From NCBI RefSeq assembly GCF_001194135.2, contig NC_068989.1, forward strand, positions 8,890,486 to 8,954,485: DNA of 64,000 nt. Direction: 5' to 3'. The notes beneath the pieces were generated by a model that did not search any database, was not told the origin of the DNA, and saw nothing but the letters and a program-made list of their open reading frames with translations. Position numbers and translations under genes: made by a program. This document shows positions 61,510 to 64,000 of the stretch, in pieces; position 1 is the stretch's first letter, and every line of letters begins with the position of its first letter. This DNA is from Octopus bimaculoides. Its lineage: Eukaryota.

Positions 61510-61909
61510 GTAGTTTCATTGTCAAAGCTCTTTTGTCACACATCCTGCGACCTCTTTAGTGACTCTTTATCCATTGTGTCTCCAGGGGATTTCTTTCAGT
61601 TTTGGCAAACTAAAACCACTCATAAGGCTCTGGTTGGCCCAGTGCTTTAGAAAACGACACTTGCCCAGTGGTACCAGACAGTGAGATTGAACCTGGAACC
61701 ATGTGGTTGAGAAGCAAACTTCTCACCACACAGCCATGCCTGAAAAAATTAAAATTATTTTGATAAGATTACTAAGTTCATTAGAATCCCTTGCACATGC
61801 AAAGACAGTGCAAGCAGACCTTTTTAGCCCACCATGATCAATTTTTATTATTTTCAATCTTATTAGGGTGTTATTTACATTATTTACATTTGACGGAGGG
61901 TGTTACTCT

Positions 61910-62118
61910 TTACTCTTTTACTTGATTCAGTCATTTGACTGTGGCCATGCTGGAGCACCACCTTTAGTCGAGCAAATCGACCCCAGGACTTATTCTTTGG
62001 AAGCCTAGTACTTATTCTTTTGCTCTCTTTTGCCAAACCGCTAAGTTACGGGGACGTAAACACACCAGCATCGGTTATCAAGCGATGTTGGGGGACAAAC
62101 ACAGACACACAAACATAT

Positions 62119-62167
<49 letters not shown>

Positions 62168-62335
62168 CATATATACAACGGGCTTCTTTCAGTTTCCGTC
62201 TACCAAATCTACTCACAAGGCTTTGGTTGGCCCAAAGCTATAGTAGAAGACACTTGCCCAAGGTGCCACGCAGTGGGACTGAACCCGGAACCATGTGGTT
62301 GGTAAGCAAGCTACTTACCACACAGCCATTCCTCC
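61910..62335 (-). mobile_element. SINE family C, full length with internal (CA)/(TA) microsatellite
   Basis: Same head and tail motifs as the other family C copies. Confidence 0.88.
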
Positions 62336-64000
62336 GCCTATATATATTTTAGTTTTAAGTAAAAAAAAAAGAAAATAGATAAGCTTTTTGTAACATTTTA
62401 CAGGGAGATTATTTTAAGGCCTATCATGTCTTATCTAAAAACCCATAACAACCCACTGCTGATGTGTGTCATAGGTTTGTTATCACAGTTCTAGGAGAGA
62501 AGCAATAACCACTTTGTGTCAACATGGTTGTGTGGTTAGGAAGCTTGCTTCGCAACCATATGGTTTAGGGTTCAGTCCAACTGTACAACACCCTGAGCAA
62601 GTATCTTTTACTATGATCCAACCAAAGCCTTGTGAGTGGAGTTGGTAGATAGAAACAAGCAACCAGTAGTGTGTAAGGAGGGTTCCTCTGTGTGTGTGTG
62701 GGAGGTGCATTGTTGTCTTGACATAATTGCATCATCATCATTTAAGGTCCACTTTCCTTGCTGGCATGGGTTGGATGGTCTGACAAGAGCTGGCAAGCCA
62801 GAAGACTGCACCAGGTGTCACTGTTTGGGTATAGTTTTTACGCATGGATGCTCTTCCGAACACCAACCACTTCACAGAATGGACAAACATGATGGTTGTA
62901 AATGAGCACCACCTTTAACTCATTAATATTCAAACTGGCCACATCCAGCTCGAATGTCCCAACTGTTTCATGTTCAACCTGGTCAGATCAAGCTGCTCAC
63001 ACTTACCCTATAATGACATTCTAAAAATAAACCATCACATCATCGAAATCTTGAAGCTACAAGGATGAATAAGCATTACATTTGACAGAGTAATCTGAAT
63101 GCTGAAGGGTTAACCCATCTGAATGCTGAAGGGTTAACCCATAAAGTGCTGGGATTTGCACTTACATAGCATGGACTGCTGAGCACATTTTATGAAGATG
63201 AGACTACCATGCACACATAAAAAACAAAAAATAGTTAAAATATCTTAGTATATAATAGTGGCAAGTTTTACATCATCTGAAAAGTCATTAGTTGAACTAT
63301 TAGTCCTCTTGCATTCTGGCGGGGTATCAGAGTGTTTGAGTGACATTGGACCCCAACAAACGCCCATAAATTAAATGCATCTATCTGGGCCACGATCATG
63401 GCCCATTGTGCTTTATGTGTTAAGCAAGGTTGTTCATTCTTAGTCTATTGTAAAAAAAAAAATGTCTAGCTTTGGAAAAATATTACCTTGCTTATAAACA
63501 AGTGTTGGCAGCAGGAAGGGCATCCAGGTATAGAAAATCTATCTCAATAAATTCCATCTGATCCATGCAAGCATGGAAAAGTGGATGTTAAGTGGTGATG
63601 GTTCACTTATTTCACTGTTCAATGGACAGGTTGGACAGGTTTGTAGAATTATATTTTTACTGTAGTCCTAAATTAAGTTCCAACTACAATCATCATATCT
63701 CTACATTACTTTAACCTGCCTCTTATTTAGCTACAATTCATTATCATTTCATTCCATAGCACTTTGAGTGATTTCCATGGAGCTACAGTATCTCTCGAGG
63801 CTATCTTACGCCAATAACCAGAGTGCACTCAATGCTAAATGCTTATCATTCCCACTTGACTTCTAACTCAAATAAAACTAGATACAGCGACTCAGAAGCA
63901 ATTATTAAATTACGTGAGTCAGTAAAAATATACGGACAACAACACTGGCTAAATGTGTTAAAATTTCCAATTCGATAGCTACAAGTTGCACATAATCATT

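Overview
AT-rich, repeat-dense animal genomic DNA with about ten N gaps; the SINE families look octopod (inferred, probably Octopus). The one well-supported gene is TM9SF3 on the minus strand. Coding exons 2-15 (14 exons, 1668 nt, 555 aa + stop, ending KID*) lie at 20559-53047 with GT-AG junctions and an unbroken reading frame. Exon 1 was not found and probably lies beyond the right edge. The rest is mobile DNA: several tRNA-derived SINE families, RTE and CR1/Jockey-type LINE relics, R4/Dong 3' ends in (ATT)n tracts, a Chapaev3 transposase relic and Tc1/mariner, pogo, hAT and piggyBac-like MITEs. The most notable items are (1) a Penelope-like element with 560-bp inverted arms, a palindromic junction and an intact hammerhead-ribozyme core, (2) several further minimal hammerhead-like motifs, and (3) near-perfect fold-back structures and inverted SINE pairs in TM9SF3 introns that are candidate ADAR or back-splicing substrates. 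I found no CRISPR, rRNA, bona fide tRNA or clearly novel protein-coding system. Most listed ORFs are microsatellite, gap or antisense artefacts.
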